Shown one piece after another: positions 50,984 through 61,132 of a DNA stretch of 64,000 nt. The notes under the pieces are model-generated. The model was not told the origin of the DNA, did no database searches, and saw only the letters and a program-made list of their open reading frames with translations. The position numbers and the translations under genes are program-made. This stretch comes from Alphaproteobacteria bacterium (GTDB taxonomy: Bacteria; Pseudomonadota; Alphaproteobacteria; MPNO01; UBA830). How positions within the stretch are numbered: position 1 is the stretch's first letter; each line of letters begins with the position of its first letter. The stretch is from positions 1,856,001 to 1,920,000 of the forward strand of contig OZ219790.1 of the NCBI GenBank assembly GCA_964291215.2, in the 5' to 3' direction.

Positions 50984-51961
50984 ATGACTTATCTGCTCAT
51001 CGCCGCAGGCCTCGCGCTTCTCCTGTTCGGCGGTGAAGCGGTCGTCCGCGGCTCGGTGGCCCTTGCCGACCGCCTCGGCGTCTCGCCGCTCATCGTCGGC
51101 CTGACCATCGTCGGATTCGGAACGTCGGTTCCCGAACTGGTGGTCAGCGTCAACGCCGCCCTGTCCGGTTCTCCCGGCATCGCCGTCGGCAATGTCATCG
51201 GCAGCAACATCGCCAACAGCATGCTCATTCTCGGCGTCGGCGCCCTTATCCTCCCGATCGCCGTCACCCCGCTGGCGGTGCGGCGCGACGCGCTCTGCAT
51301 GGTGGCGGCAACGCTTGTCTTCATCGGGCTCGGCCTGACCGGCGGCCTCGTCTGGTGGCACGGCGCTCTTCTCGTCTGCGTGCTGTGCTGCTACATCCTC
51401 GGAACCGTCTGGCAGGATACCCGGACCCAGGACGCGGCGGCGGACCTCCACCGCAACGAAGCCGGAGAGCCCGGCTTTGCCAGGCTGCACACCGGCCTCG
51501 TGTTCGCCATCGTCATCGCCGGAATCTGCGCGGTCGTCGTCGGCGCTGAATGGCTGGTCGACGGCGCGACGACGGTCGCGCGGCAGGTCGGCGTTCCCGA
51601 CGAGGTAATCGGCCTGACCCTGGTCGCCTTCGGCACGTCGTTGCCCGAACTCGCCACCGCCATAGTTGCAGCCTATCGCGGTCATCCGGACGTGTGCGTA
51701 GGCAACGTTCTCGGCAGCAACATCTTCAACCTTTTCGGAATAGCAGGCATCACCGCCCTGTTCGCACCGCTTCCGTTCTCCGCCCAGATCATCGGGTTCG
51801 ATCTCTGGGCAATGCTCGGCGCCACCCTGCTCCTGCTGCCGTTCATGCTGACCGGCCTTCGCATCAGCCGCCTTGAGGGCGCCATCCTCGCTGTCCTCTA
51901 CGGTGCCTATGTGACCGCGGTCTTCCTTGGCTGGGGCAGCCGCATCGCCGGCGCGTCTTGA
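50984..51961 (+). CDS. Calcium/sodium antiporter (YrbG family)
   Basis: Duplicated GTSxPEL and GNVxGSNI alpha repeats. Confidence 0.92.
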   Translation: MTYLLIAAGLALLLFGGEAVVRGSVALADRLGVSPLIVGLTIVGFGTSVPELVVSVNAALSGSPGIAVGNVIGSNIANSMLILGVGALILPIAVTPLAVRRDALCMVAATLVFIGLGLTGGLVWWHGALLVCVLCCYILGTVWQDTRTQDAAADLHRNEAGEPGFARLHTGLVFAIVIAGICAVVVGAEWLVDGATTVARQVGVPDEVIGLTLVAFGTSLPELATAIVAAYRGHPDVCVGNVLGSNIFNLFGIAGITALFAPLPFSAQIIGFDLWAMLGATLLLLPFMLTGLRISRLEGAILAVLYGAYVTAVFLGWGSRIAGAS

Positions 51962-51992
51962 TCGTCCGGCGCCGCCGCTGCATGCTTCGACG

Positions 51993-52766
51993 ATGATTTC
52001 GGGTTCCAGAGGCAACGCGCTTGTGACCGGCGCGGCAAGGCGAATCGGGCGCGCCATCGCCCTCGCGCTTGCCGACGACGGCTGGGCGGTCGGCATACAC
52101 TGCCGAAATTCCCGGGCGGAAGGCAAGGCGCTGGCCGGCGAGATCAACAGCTCCGGCCGAACCGCCTACCTTGTCGACGCGGACCTGTGCGACGACACGG
52201 CCTGCCGCCGCATGATGGCAGCAGCGGCAGCGGCCGCCGGCCCGGTCGCCTGCCTCGTCAACAACGCTTCGGTTTTCGGGCGCGACACCATCGAGAACGT
52301 GTCCCGGGAGGGCTGGGACCAGCACATGAACACCAACTTGTGGGCGCCTCTTCTTTTGTCCCAGATCATGGCCGCCGGCCTCCCCGGCGGCCGCCAGGGC
52401 AACATTGTCAACATCGTCGACGAGAGGGTGGTCAACCTGCCGCCCGGCTTCATCTCCTACACCACGAGCAAGGCGGCTCTCTGGGCAATGACGCGCTGTC
52501 TCGCGCTCGCGCTCGCGCCGCGCATCCGCGTCAACGCCGTTGGCCCCGGCCCCACCCTCCCGAGCCCGCGCCAGACAGCCGAACAGTTTGCCCTCCAGGC
52601 GGCCGCCGTGCCGCTGGAACACGGCGCCACGGCCGAGGAAATCGCCCGCGGGGTGCTGTATATTCTTCAGTCGCCGTCGATGACCGGACAACTGATCACG
52701 CTTGATGGCGGCCAGCATCTCGGCTGGCATTTTCCCGGCCGCGACCATGACGGGATCGAGGAATAG
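51993..52766 (+). CDS. Short-chain dehydrogenase, pteridine reductase/FolM-like
   Basis: TGAARRIG, VNNAS, YTTSK; upstream of folB. Confidence 0.85.
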   Translation: MISGSRGNALVTGAARRIGRAIALALADDGWAVGIHCRNSRAEGKALAGEINSSGRTAYLVDADLCDDTACRRMMAAAAAAAGPVACLVNNASVFGRDTIENVSREGWDQHMNTNLWAPLLLSQIMAAGLPGGRQGNIVNIVDERVVNLPPGFISYTTSKAALWAMTRCLALALAPRIRVNAVGPGPTLPSPRQTAEQFALQAAAVPLEHGATAEEIARGVLYILQSPSMTGQLITLDGGQHLGWHFPGRDHDGIEE

Positions 52767-52770
52767 CGCG

Positions 52771-53208
52771 ATGACCACCAAACGGATACGGCCCGTGCCG
52801 CTGACAACGGCGGACCAGGTTCACGCCGCTCCGTCCCGAGCCTTGGCCGGTGCCGGCGTGCGCAGGGTCCACATCAGCGATCTGGTACTCGATTGCCTGA
52901 TCGGCGTACACCGCCACGAGCGGGACGGAACGCAGCGCATTCGCGTCAATCTCGAACTCGATGTTCCGGAACCGGGCCAGCCGCTCGACGACAGGCTGTC
53001 CAACGTCCTGTGCTACGAGGAGGTGATCTCCAAGCTGCGAAAGCTGGTCGCTTCGGGGCATGTCAATCTGGTGGAGACGCTCGCCGAACGCATGGCCGCG
53101 CTCTGCCTGGAAGAGGAGCTTGTGGCCGCGGTCCGGGTGCGGGTCGACAAGCTCGACGTGTTCTCCGACGCGGCCAGCGTCGGCGTCGAGATCGAACGCG
53201 TGAAATGA
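52771..53208 (+). CDS. folB: Dihydroneopterin aldolase
   Basis: IGVHRHE..QRIRVNLEL, LVETLAE, VGVEIER. Confidence 0.9.
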   Translation: MTTKRIRPVPLTTADQVHAAPSRALAGAGVRRVHISDLVLDCLIGVHRHERDGTQRIRVNLELDVPEPGQPLDDRLSNVLCYEEVISKLRKLVASGHVNLVETLAERMAALCLEEELVAAVRVRVDKLDVFSDAASVGVEIERVK

Positions 53209-53256
53209 CCCGGAAGAAGGCCGCCGTCGCGCCCGTCGGTCCGGCGCCTTCCAGCT

Positions 53257-55143
53257 ATGGCTGAAGGAAAAGCCGGCGACATCGCCGACGGCGGCGGGCC
53301 GCCGGCCGGATCGGCGCTTATCGCGTCGCGGCTCGGTACCCTGCCGACCGGTCCCGGCGTTTACCGGATGATCGACGCGAAGGACAAGGTCCTCTATGTC
53401 GGCAAGGCGCGCAACCTGCGCAAGCGCGTCGCCGCCTATACGCGCCCGCAGCGCCATCCCGAACGGATCCGGCAGATGGTCGCCCAGGTGCATGACCTTG
53501 AGATCGTCACGACCCACACCGAGGTCGAGGCGCTGCTGCTTGAGAGCAACCTGATCAAGAGCCTCAGGCCCCGCTACAACATCATCCTGCGCGACGACAA
53601 GTCGATGCCGTTCATACTCCTGCGGACCGACACCCCATGGCCGCAGCTGATCAAGCACCGCGGCGCGCGCAGGCGCGACGGGGAATATTTCGGGCCGTTT
53701 GCCACCGTCGGCGCGGTCAACCAGACGCTGAATGTCCTGCAGAAGGTCTTTCCCCTGAGGACCTGCGCCGACAACATCTTCGCCAACCGCACGCGGCCCT
53801 GCCTCCAGTACCAGATCAAGCGCTGCACGGCGCCGTGCGTCAACCTGATATCGGAGGACGACTACCGCGAGATCGTCGATCAGACCCGCGATTTCCTGCA
53901 CGGACGCAGCCGCGACCTCCAGCAGGCTTTCTCGGAGAAGATGACAGCAGCCAGCGAGGCGCTCGAATACGAGGCTGCGGCCATCTATCGCGACCGGATC
54001 CGCGCCCTGACCCAGGTCCAGGCACGCCAGGACATCAATGTCGAGAAGGTTGGCGAGGCCGACATCATCGCAGCTCATCAGGACGGCGGTCAGACCTGCG
54101 TCCAAGTGTTCTTCTATCGGGCCGGACAGAACTACGGCAACCGCACCTATTTCCCCAATCATCCCCGGTCCGTGTCCGTCGACGAAGTTCTCGAAGCCTT
54201 CGTCGGCCAATTCTATGCCGACAAGAAACCGCCGGCGCTCGTCCTGACCAGCCACGACCTTCCGAACCAGCCCCTCGTCCGCCAAGCCCTGTCAGTGCGC
54301 GCCGACCGCCGGGTGGCCGTGATCCGGCCCCAGCGCGGGCGGCGCCGCAAGCTGGTTTCGAACGCGCTGGCCAACGCTGCAGATGCGCTGTCGCGACGCA
54401 TGTCGGAAAGCGCCGCCCAGAGAACTCTGCTCGAGCGCGTTGCCGAACTGTTCGACCTCGACACTCCGCCCCGGCGCATCGAGGTCTACGACAACAGCCA
54501 TATCGGGGGAACCAACGCGCTCGGCGCGATGATCGTCTCGGGCCCGGGTGGGCTCGAGAAGGCCGCCTACCGCCGTTTCGGGATCAGGCCCGGCAACATG
54601 GCACCCGGCGACGACTACGCGATGATGCGCCAGGTCCTGACGAGGCGATTCTCGCGCGCCCTTCGGGAAGATGCCGGCCGCGAAACCGGAAACTGGCCAG
54701 ACCTGGTTGTCATCGATGGCGGGCCCGGCCAGCTCTCTGCCGCAATCGAAGTGCTGTCAGAACTCGGCATCCATGACCTTGCGACCGTCGCGATCGCGAA
54801 GGGTCCGGACCGGAACGCGGGGCGGGAGCGTTTCCACATCCCCGGCCGGCAGCCCTTCTCTCTACCCGTGAACGATCCGGCGCTTTATTTCCTCCAGCGC
54901 CTGCGCGACGAAGCCCACAGGTTCGCGATTGGCGGCCATCGCCAGAAGCGGAAGAAGGACATCGGACGTTCGCTGATCGACGAGATCTCCGGGGTCGGCG
55001 CGGCGCGCAAGCGCGCGCTGCTCCACCATTTCGGCTCCGCGGCCAGCGTATCGCGGGCCGGGCTTGCCGACCTCGAGGCGGTCAACGGAATCAGCAAGGC
55101 GATGGCCCAAAGAATATATGACCATTTTCACCCAAACGAATAG
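53257..55143 (+). CDS. uvrC: Excinuclease ABC subunit C
   Basis: PGVYRM..YVGKARNL GIY-YIG, IEVYDNSH, IDGG, RDEAHRFA, HhH. Confidence 0.98.
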   Translation: MAEGKAGDIADGGGPPAGSALIASRLGTLPTGPGVYRMIDAKDKVLYVGKARNLRKRVAAYTRPQRHPERIRQMVAQVHDLEIVTTHTEVEALLLESNLIKSLRPRYNIILRDDKSMPFILLRTDTPWPQLIKHRGARRRDGEYFGPFATVGAVNQTLNVLQKVFPLRTCADNIFANRTRPCLQYQIKRCTAPCVNLISEDDYREIVDQTRDFLHGRSRDLQQAFSEKMTAASEALEYEAAAIYRDRIRALTQVQARQDINVEKVGEADIIAAHQDGGQTCVQVFFYRAGQNYGNRTYFPNHPRSVSVDEVLEAFVGQFYADKKPPALVLTSHDLPNQPLVRQALSVRADRRVAVIRPQRGRRRKLVSNALANAADALSRRMSESAAQRTLLERVAELFDLDTPPRRIEVYDNSHIGGTNALGAMIVSGPGGLEKAAYRRFGIRPGNMAPGDDYAMMRQVLTRRFSRALREDAGRETGNWPDLVVIDGGPGQLSAAIEVLSELGIHDLATVAIAKGPDRNAGRERFHIPGRQPFSLPVNDPALYFLQRLRDEAHRFAIGGHRQKRKKDIGRSLIDEISGVGAARKRALLHHFGSAASVSRAGLADLEAVNGISKAMAQRIYDHFHPNE

Positions 55144-55181
55144 AATGCGGCAGATCTTCGGAAATTTGTTCTGGCCGCTCC

Positions 55182-55769
55182 ATGAGCCCAACCCTGCCCA
55201 ATGTGCTGACGCTGCTGCGCGTGGCCGCCGTTCCGGTTTTCGTCGGCGCCTTCTTCCTCGACAGCGCCAGCGGCCAGTGGCTCGCGCTCGCGGTCTTCGC
55301 GACCGCCGCGGTCACGGACTTCTTTGACGGCTATCTTGCGCGCCGTGACGGCCTGTATTCGGATTTCGGGCGTTTCCTCGATCCCGTCGCTGACAAGCTC
55401 CTGATTGCGACAGCGCTCATGATGATGGTCGCCTTCGGCCAGATCGCCGGGCTGGCGATCATCCCGGCGGTAATCATTCTGTGCCGGGAAATTCTCGTCT
55501 CAGGATTGCGGGAGTACCTGGCCGCCATCGAGGTCGATCTGCCGGTAAGCTACGTCGCCAAGTGGAAGACGACGATCCAGATGCTCGCTCTCGGCTTCCT
55601 GATCGTCGGCGACGCAAGCCATCCGCCGGTCCCGCCCGAGATACCGATCCGGTTGATCGGAGAAGCCGGCCTCTGGCTCGCCGCCGCGGTCACCGTGTTC
55701 ACCGGCCTCGACTATATGCGCACCGGCCTCCGCCACATGGACACCAGCGCCGGGAACCACAGGTCATGA
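55182..55769 (+). CDS. pgsA: CDP-diacylglycerol--glycerol-3-phosphate 3-phosphatidyltransferase
   Basis: PNVLTLLR, TDFFDGYLAR..FGRFLDPVADK; uvrC-pgsA synteny. Confidence 0.95.
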   Translation: MSPTLPNVLTLLRVAAVPVFVGAFFLDSASGQWLALAVFATAAVTDFFDGYLARRDGLYSDFGRFLDPVADKLLIATALMMMVAFGQIAGLAIIPAVIILCREILVSGLREYLAAIEVDLPVSYVAKWKTTIQMLALGFLIVGDASHPPVPPEIPIRLIGEAGLWLAAAVTVFTGLDYMRTGLRHMDTSAGNHRS

Positions 55770-56296
55770 CCCGGCACGGCACGGTTGTCGGCATTGCCGG
55801 ATGGAGCGGCAGCGGCAAGACATCGCTGATCGTGCGGTTGATTCCCGCCCTCGTGGCAAAACGATACCGGGTGGCGACCGTCAAGCATGCGCACCACGAA
55901 TTCGACATCGACATACCGGGCAAGGACTCCTACGAACACCGCGCTGCCGGTGCTGTCGAGGTTGTCGTTTCGTCGGCGCGCCGCTGGGCCGTCGTTCACG
56001 AGAACCGCGGTGAGCCCGAACCGGCACTTGGCGACATTCTTCACCGCTTGTCGCCGGCGGATATCATCCTTGTCGAAGGCTACAAGGACGAGCCGCACGA
56101 GAAGATAGAGGTGTGGCGCGGCAACGCCGACAGGCGGCCGCTCTACGAGGACAATCCCAGCATCGTGGCGGTCGCGACCGATGATCCGGCAGGAATCCGC
56201 TCGATCCCGACTCTCGACATCAACGACGCCGCCGGCGTCGCCAGCTTCATCATCGAACGCTACGGCCTCGCGATGGCGGTCGAGAAGGCCGGCTGA
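55766..56296 (+). CDS. mobB: Molybdopterin-guanine dinucleotide biosynthesis protein B
   Basis: GWSGSGKT, VKHAHH, DIPGKDS, LVEGYK. Confidence 0.95.
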   Translation: MTRHGTVVGIAGWSGSGKTSLIVRLIPALVAKRYRVATVKHAHHEFDIDIPGKDSYEHRAAGAVEVVVSSARRWAVVHENRGEPEPALGDILHRLSPADIILVEGYKDEPHEKIEVWRGNADRRPLYEDNPSIVAVATDDPAGIRSIPTLDINDAAGVASFIIERYGLAMAVEKAG

Positions 56297-56297
56297 T

Positions 56298-57551
56298 ATG
56301 GCCCAGCTATCCGATGACTGCTTTGCCTTCGGCGGCGAATTGATGCGGACGCACGAGGCGCTCGGGCTTCTTGCCGAACGCCTCGACACTGTCGTCGGCA
56401 CGGAACACATCTGCCTGGATGAAGCCGACGGACGAATACTCGCTGCCGACATCCGGTCTCCCCTCTCGGTGCCGCCGCATGACAACGCCGCCGTGGACGG
56501 CTACGCAGTGCGCTTCTGCGATCTGTCCGGCGACGATGAAACCCGGCTGCGCCTGTCCCAGCGCATTGCAGCCGGGGACCTTCCCGGCCCGTCCGTCGGG
56601 ACAGGCGAGGCAGCACGCATCTTCACGGGAGCGCCGATGCCGGCCGGGGCGGACACCGTGCTGATGCAGGAGGACTGCCGCGAGGCGGATGGCTACGTGT
56701 CCGTTCCGCCGGGGATCGCGCAAGGCGCAAACCGGCGTTTCGCAGGCGAGGACATTGCCGCAGATTCACGGATTCTGAGGGTCGGCTTGCGGTTGCGGCC
56801 GCAGGATATCGGACTTGCCGCCTCGACGGGCCGCGTGCGGCTTCCGGTCCGCCGCCGTTTGCGCGTAGCCCTGTTCTCGACCGGAAACGAGGTCAGGGAA
56901 CCCGGACACGATCTGCCGCCCGGATGCATCTATGACGCCAATCGCTATTCGCTCCGCGCCGCTGTCTCTCGCCTCGGCTGCGAAGTGACCGATCTCGGCA
57001 TTCTGCACGATGACTTCCGGTCCATCCGCGACACGCTTGCCGAAGCCGCCGACGCGCACGACCTGCTGATGACGTCGGCTGGCGTGTCGACGGGAGAACA
57101 GGATCATGTTCGCAGCGCCGTCGAGGCGAACGGCCGGATCCATCTCTGGAGACTCGCCATCCGGCCAGGACGGCCGGTGGCGTTCGGCCAGGTCGGCACG
57201 GTTCCCTTTATCGGCCTTCCGGGCAATCCAGTAGCGGTTCTGGTGACTTTCATGCGCTTTGCCAGGCCGGCCATCCTCCGTCTCAGCGGCTGCACGGACA
57301 CCGAGCCAAAGAGCTTTCGTGTGCGCACGGCGTTCCCGATCCGCAAGAAAGCGGGCCGTCGCGAATGGCTGCGTGTGAGGCTGGAACGGGGCGAGGACGG
57401 GCGGACGGTTGCCCACAAGTTCGAGCGCGACGGCGCAGGCATACTGACTTCAATGGTGGAATCCGACGGTCTGGCGGAACTCCCCGAGGAGCTCGCCGAG
57501 GCCAGCCCCGGGCACCCGGTGGATTTCCTGCCGTTCAGCGAGATGGGATGA
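56298..57551 (+). CDS. moeA: Molybdopterin molybdotransferase
   Basis: AVDGYA, IFTGAPMP, STGNE, RPGRP, LPGNP. Confidence 0.95.
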   Translation: MAQLSDDCFAFGGELMRTHEALGLLAERLDTVVGTEHICLDEADGRILAADIRSPLSVPPHDNAAVDGYAVRFCDLSGDDETRLRLSQRIAAGDLPGPSVGTGEAARIFTGAPMPAGADTVLMQEDCREADGYVSVPPGIAQGANRRFAGEDIAADSRILRVGLRLRPQDIGLAASTGRVRLPVRRRLRVALFSTGNEVREPGHDLPPGCIYDANRYSLRAAVSRLGCEVTDLGILHDDFRSIRDTLAEAADAHDLLMTSAGVSTGEQDHVRSAVEANGRIHLWRLAIRPGRPVAFGQVGTVPFIGLPGNPVAVLVTFMRFARPAILRLSGCTDTEPKSFRVRTAFPIRKKAGRREWLRVRLERGEDGRTVAHKFERDGAGILTSMVESDGLAELPEELAEASPGHPVDFLPFSEMG

Positions 57552-57802
57552 TGCAGATACTCTATTTTGGATGGGTCCGTTCACGAATCGGGACATCGGT
57601 CGAGACCATGGAACTGGCGGACGGAGTCCATGACATCGCTTCCCTTGTCGAGCACCTGAGGGGCCGCGGCGGTGGCTATGCCCATGCCTTCGATGACGCC
57701 GCGGCCATACGCGCAGCTGTCAACCAGGAGATCGTGCCGCCGGACGCGCCGGTAGGAGATGGAGACGAAATCGCCTTCTTTCCGCCGATGACGGGGGGAT
57801 AG
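57548..57802 (+). CDS. moaD: Molybdopterin synthase sulfur carrier subunit
   Basis: ILYFGW..AVNQE..EIAFFPPMTGG C-terminal diglycine. Confidence 0.95.
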   Translation: MMQILYFGWVRSRIGTSVETMELADGVHDIASLVEHLRGRGGGYAHAFDDAAAIRAAVNQEIVPPDAPVGDGDEIAFFPPMTGG

Positions 57803-57807
57803 GTCCG

Positions 57808-58245
57808 ATGATCAGGGTGCAGGAGGAGGATTTCGACATCGGTGCCGAAATCGGCCGCATCACGGCCGGGCGAACGGACATCGGCGGTCTGGCCAGCTTC
57901 GTCGGCCTCGTGCGCGAGATGGCCGACGGCGAAAAGATCAGCGCGATGACGCTCGAACACTATCCGGGAATGACCGAGAAACAGCTGGCCAAGGTCGAAG
58001 GCGAAGCGCGCGCCAGATGGCCGCTGCTTGATGTCCTTGTCATTCACCGGTACGGACGGCTCGAACCGGGCGAGCAGATCGTGCTCGTCATCACCGCATC
58101 AGCGCATCGGAAAGCCGCTCTGGAGAGTTGCCAGTTTCTCATCGACTGGCTGAAAACCGGAGCGCCGTTCTGGAAGCTGGAAGACCGTGAATCGGGACCG
58201 GTATGGGTAACCCAGAATTCGCGGGACCTGGATGCAGGCCCCTGA
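57808..58245 (+). CDS. moaE: Molybdopterin synthase catalytic subunit
   Basis: FVGLVR, LEHYPGM, HRYGRL, LKTGAPFWKLE. Confidence 0.95.
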   Translation: MIRVQEEDFDIGAEIGRITAGRTDIGGLASFVGLVREMADGEKISAMTLEHYPGMTEKQLAKVEGEARARWPLLDVLVIHRYGRLEPGEQIVLVITASAHRKAALESCQFLIDWLKTGAPFWKLEDRESGPVWVTQNSRDLDAGP

Positions 58246-58247
58246 GA

Positions 58248-58400
58248 GCCGGATTTTCGCGATCCCGGAACAACGCGCAACCGTGCCCCTTCGCGGCCCA
58301 CGGTGATCCGGCGCTGCCAATCCAGCGACGACTGGCGAGATTTCTCAGTCTGCCTCGCGCAGCAATCGTGCAGCCAAGGCTCGATGGTGCCTTTCCCGGA
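58248..58400 (+). repeat. Degenerate MITE-A remnants: a right-end fragment, a 13 bp gap, then a left half starting at 58299
   Basis: CACGGTGATCCGGCGCTGCCAATCCAGCGACGACTGGCGAGATTT..GCAATCGTGCAGCCAAGGCTC aligns to the first ~100 bp of copy 1. Confidence 0.65.
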
Positions 58401-58457
58401 CGCAGACGGCGGCACTGAACACCGGATCCGGCGGCATCGACGAATGGAGCAGCAACG

Positions 58458-59048
58458 ATGGAAGCCGACGAAATCATCGCCCGATACGGGCTTGTGCCCC
58501 ATCCGGAAGGCGGCCACTACCGGGAGACATTTCGTGCGGTCGCGGAGGATGGCAGCCGCGGCGCCGCCACCGCAATCTACTATCTGCCGAAGGCTGGCGG
58601 GACCTCGCCTGGCACCCAGGGTCTTCTTTTGTCCGGTTCCGTCCGACGAGGGGGCGTTGTAGGCAGATCTGGAGGTCCATTCGGGGGCGGATTTCGTTGT
58701 CGATATGCCGGTTCCGACTTTGAGACGGTGCCACCAACTTCAAGAACGGTCACTCTGACACGGTTGTCCGCCGCCGATCGCGACAACAGAATAGTCTTGG
58801 CCTGGCACCGCATCGATGCCACGGAGATCTGGCATTATTGCGCAGGCGCTCCGATTCACTTGACGCTGTCACCTGACGGCCGCACGACCACGAAATCGCG
58901 TCTGTCGACGGATATTGGCGCGGTACCGCATATCGTGGTTCCCGCCGGCACTTGGCAATGCGCCCGGTCCGATGGCGCCTGGCCGGTTGCACGGTGGCCC
59001 CTGCATTCGGGTTCTCCGGTTTCGAGCTCGCGCCGCCCGGATGGTAAA
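58458..59048 (+). pseudogene. DUF985 cupin (cupin_5), interrupted by a MITE and frameshifted
   Basis: LVPHPEGGHYRETFR..TAIYYL | AWHRIDATEIWHY..VVPAGTWQ, then GCTVAP in another frame. Confidence 0.85.
58617..58799. mobile_element. MITE-C (183 bp)
   Basis: 10 bp direct repeat GCCTGGCACC (58607-58616 / 58800-58809); imperfect TIR CAGGGTCTTCTTTTGTC / GACAACAGAATAGTCTTG. Confidence 0.75.
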
Positions 59049-59277
59049 CGGGATAATCTGTCGGCCGCAAGCACCGGATACGCCCACCGCACCGGCATAC
59101 TCCGGAATCCGGCGGTGGTGTCAGACCAACGGGAACCGCGCCGCGAACCAGAAAACCGTGCTAAAATCGAGTTTCCGCGACTCGAATCGAGCCGACATCA
59201 TGCGTCCCCATGTTCCGTCCACCTGGTTGGGGCTGCATACCGTCGAACTCGAAAACGCCCCTCCGGGAAGGACCGAT

Positions 59278-60090
59278 ATGTCGAGAAACCTGCCGTGCCT
59301 GTGCCGCATCGTCGGCCTAGCCATCCTGATCTCGGGTGCGGCGCATGCCGTCGAGCTGCCTTCGACCGCAAAGTTGCGGCAGCAGATGACGGTTCCCGCC
59401 CAGGCCGTAGCTGTCCACGAGCCGCACCTCAGCGTGGGCGACAGGCATGTCGCGATCGAATATGTCGGTTTTCCAGCCGTCGACGTGCTTGAGCGCCTCT
59501 TCGGCAGGGACTGGCGGAGGCAGGGCGAGACGGTCGAATTCCGCGCCCTCGACGGTTACGTCTCGCGCATCGCCGTCACCCGGTTCCGCAGGGAAAACGC
59601 CTTTCTTGTCTTTGCCCGCAAGGACGGCAGCGCATTCACGGTCGACAATCTCGCCCAGAACCAGCGGGACGTGCCGCTTGGACCGTACTATCTCGTATGG
59701 GACAACATCTCGAATCCCGCGCTGCTGAAGGAGGGCGCTGGCAAATGGCCCTATCAGGTCAACGAGGTGAATCTGGTGAGTTTGTCCGACCGAGCCCTGT
59801 TGCCGAAGGGGCTTGATCCGCGCTTGAGCGGGGGCGTCCAGCTGGCCAAGACCCACTGTCTGAGCTGCCACAAGATCAACGGCTTTGGCGGCGAGAAATT
59901 CGAGGGCAATCTGGCCGAAATAGCGAAAGACATGTCCGAGCCCGAATTCGTCCGCTGGGTGCTGGCTCCCTCGTCGATACTGAGTCGAACAACGATGCCG
60001 CCCCTTTCCGACCGCCTCGCGGAAGGCGAGCGCCAAAGGATCGCGAAGGCCCTGTTCGGATATCTGCGTGCGGTTCCGGTCCTGCCGTAA
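59278..60090 (+). CDS. Exported c-type cytochrome with an N-terminal molybdopterin-oxidoreductase-like domain
   Basis: Signal peptide ending AHA; FRALDGY..GPYYLVW..WPYQV; CLSCH and distal MP. Confidence 0.75.
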   Translation: MSRNLPCLCRIVGLAILISGAAHAVELPSTAKLRQQMTVPAQAVAVHEPHLSVGDRHVAIEYVGFPAVDVLERLFGRDWRRQGETVEFRALDGYVSRIAVTRFRRENAFLVFARKDGSAFTVDNLAQNQRDVPLGPYYLVWDNISNPALLKEGAGKWPYQVNEVNLVSLSDRALLPKGLDPRLSGGVQLAKTHCLSCHKINGFGGEKFEGNLAEIAKDMSEPEFVRWVLAPSSILSRTTMPPLSDRLAEGERQRIAKALFGYLRAVPVLP

Positions 60091-60163
60091 AGGCCCGCAG
60101 ACGCGCTCCGCCGCGGACGGGCTGCGAGGGCATCTGTTTCGGGGTTGCGCCTTCGGCGGCGTC

Positions 60164-61048
60164 TCAGGCCGCCACGTCCGCCTTCGCGCGCACAAGGGCC
60201 TCGTAATCCTCGCGCAATGCCCGGCTGATCGAACCGACCGGGAAATGGTGGTCGTCGATGCAGCCGACCGGCGTGACTTCGGCCGCCGTGCCGGTCACGA
60301 AGATCTCGTCGGCCCCGGGCAATTCCTCCGGCTGGATCGCGCGCTCGATCACTTCGATGCGGCGCGCCCTGGCCAGGCCGATCACCGTCTGGCGCGTGAT
60401 GCCGTCGAGAAAACAGTCCGGTGCCGGCGTGTGCAGCCTGCCCTCGCGGGCGAGAAAGATGTTCGCGCCGGTGCTCTCCGCCACCAGTCCCCGCCAGTCG
60501 AGCATCAGCGCGTCGTCATAGCCCTCGCCTTCGGCTTCGTGCTTGCTCATCGTGCAGATCATGTAGAGCCCGGCCGCCTTGGCATGCACGGGGGCGGTAT
60601 CCGGCGCCGGACGGCGCCACCTGGCGGTCTTGAGCTTGATTCCGCGGTTCCGCGCCTCGGGCGAGAAATAGGACGGCCACTCCCAGACCGCGATTGCGAC
60701 ATGTATGGTGGTCAGCTGCGCCGACACCCCCATCATCTCGCTGCCGCGCCATGCCACAGGCCGCACATAGGCGTCTGCGTAACCTTGCGCGGCCACCGTC
60801 TCGAGCGTTGCCCGCTCGAGTCTTTCCAGCGAATAGGGTATTTCAAATCCGAGTGCGGCGCCGGAATCCAGCAATCGCTGCGTATGCTCTCGAAGCTTGA
60901 AGACCTCGCCACCATAGACACGTTCACCCTCAAACACGCAACTCCCGTAATGAAGCCCATGAGAAAGGACATGCAGACGCGCATCGCGCCACGGCTTCAG
61001 AGCACCGTCATACCAGACAAGGCCATCCTGATCGTCGAAATTAATCAT
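60164..61048 (-). CDS. ilvE: Branched-chain amino acid aminotransferase
   Basis: LHYGSCVFEG, AKAAGLY, ESTGANIF, LDGITR, TGTAAEV. Confidence 0.95.
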   Translation of the reverse strand: MINFDDQDGLVWYDGALKPWRDARLHVLSHGLHYGSCVFEGERVYGGEVFKLREHTQRLLDSGAALGFEIPYSLERLERATLETVAAQGYADAYVRPVAWRGSEMMGVSAQLTTIHVAIAVWEWPSYFSPEARNRGIKLKTARWRRPAPDTAPVHAKAAGLYMICTMSKHEAEGEGYDDALMLDWRGLVAESTGANIFLAREGRLHTPAPDCFLDGITRQTVIGLARARRIEVIERAIQPEELPGADEIFVTGTAAEVTPVGCIDDHHFPVGSISRALREDYEALVRAKADVAA

Positions 61049-61132
61049 CGGTATATTCTCCACCGCCGGATCGCGAGGACATTTCATCAATCCAGCTTGC
61101 CTGCCTTATCATTTGCAGGCATACAGGTCAAT

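Noticed and set aside
58458-59492. 344 aa ORF as a novel extended cupin; likewise the long N-terminal extensions of ORFs 60068, 25660-29076, 55481 and 50702
   Set aside because: Produced by MITE read-through, frameshift, or stop-poor GC-rich frames; true starts reassigned by motif and RBS
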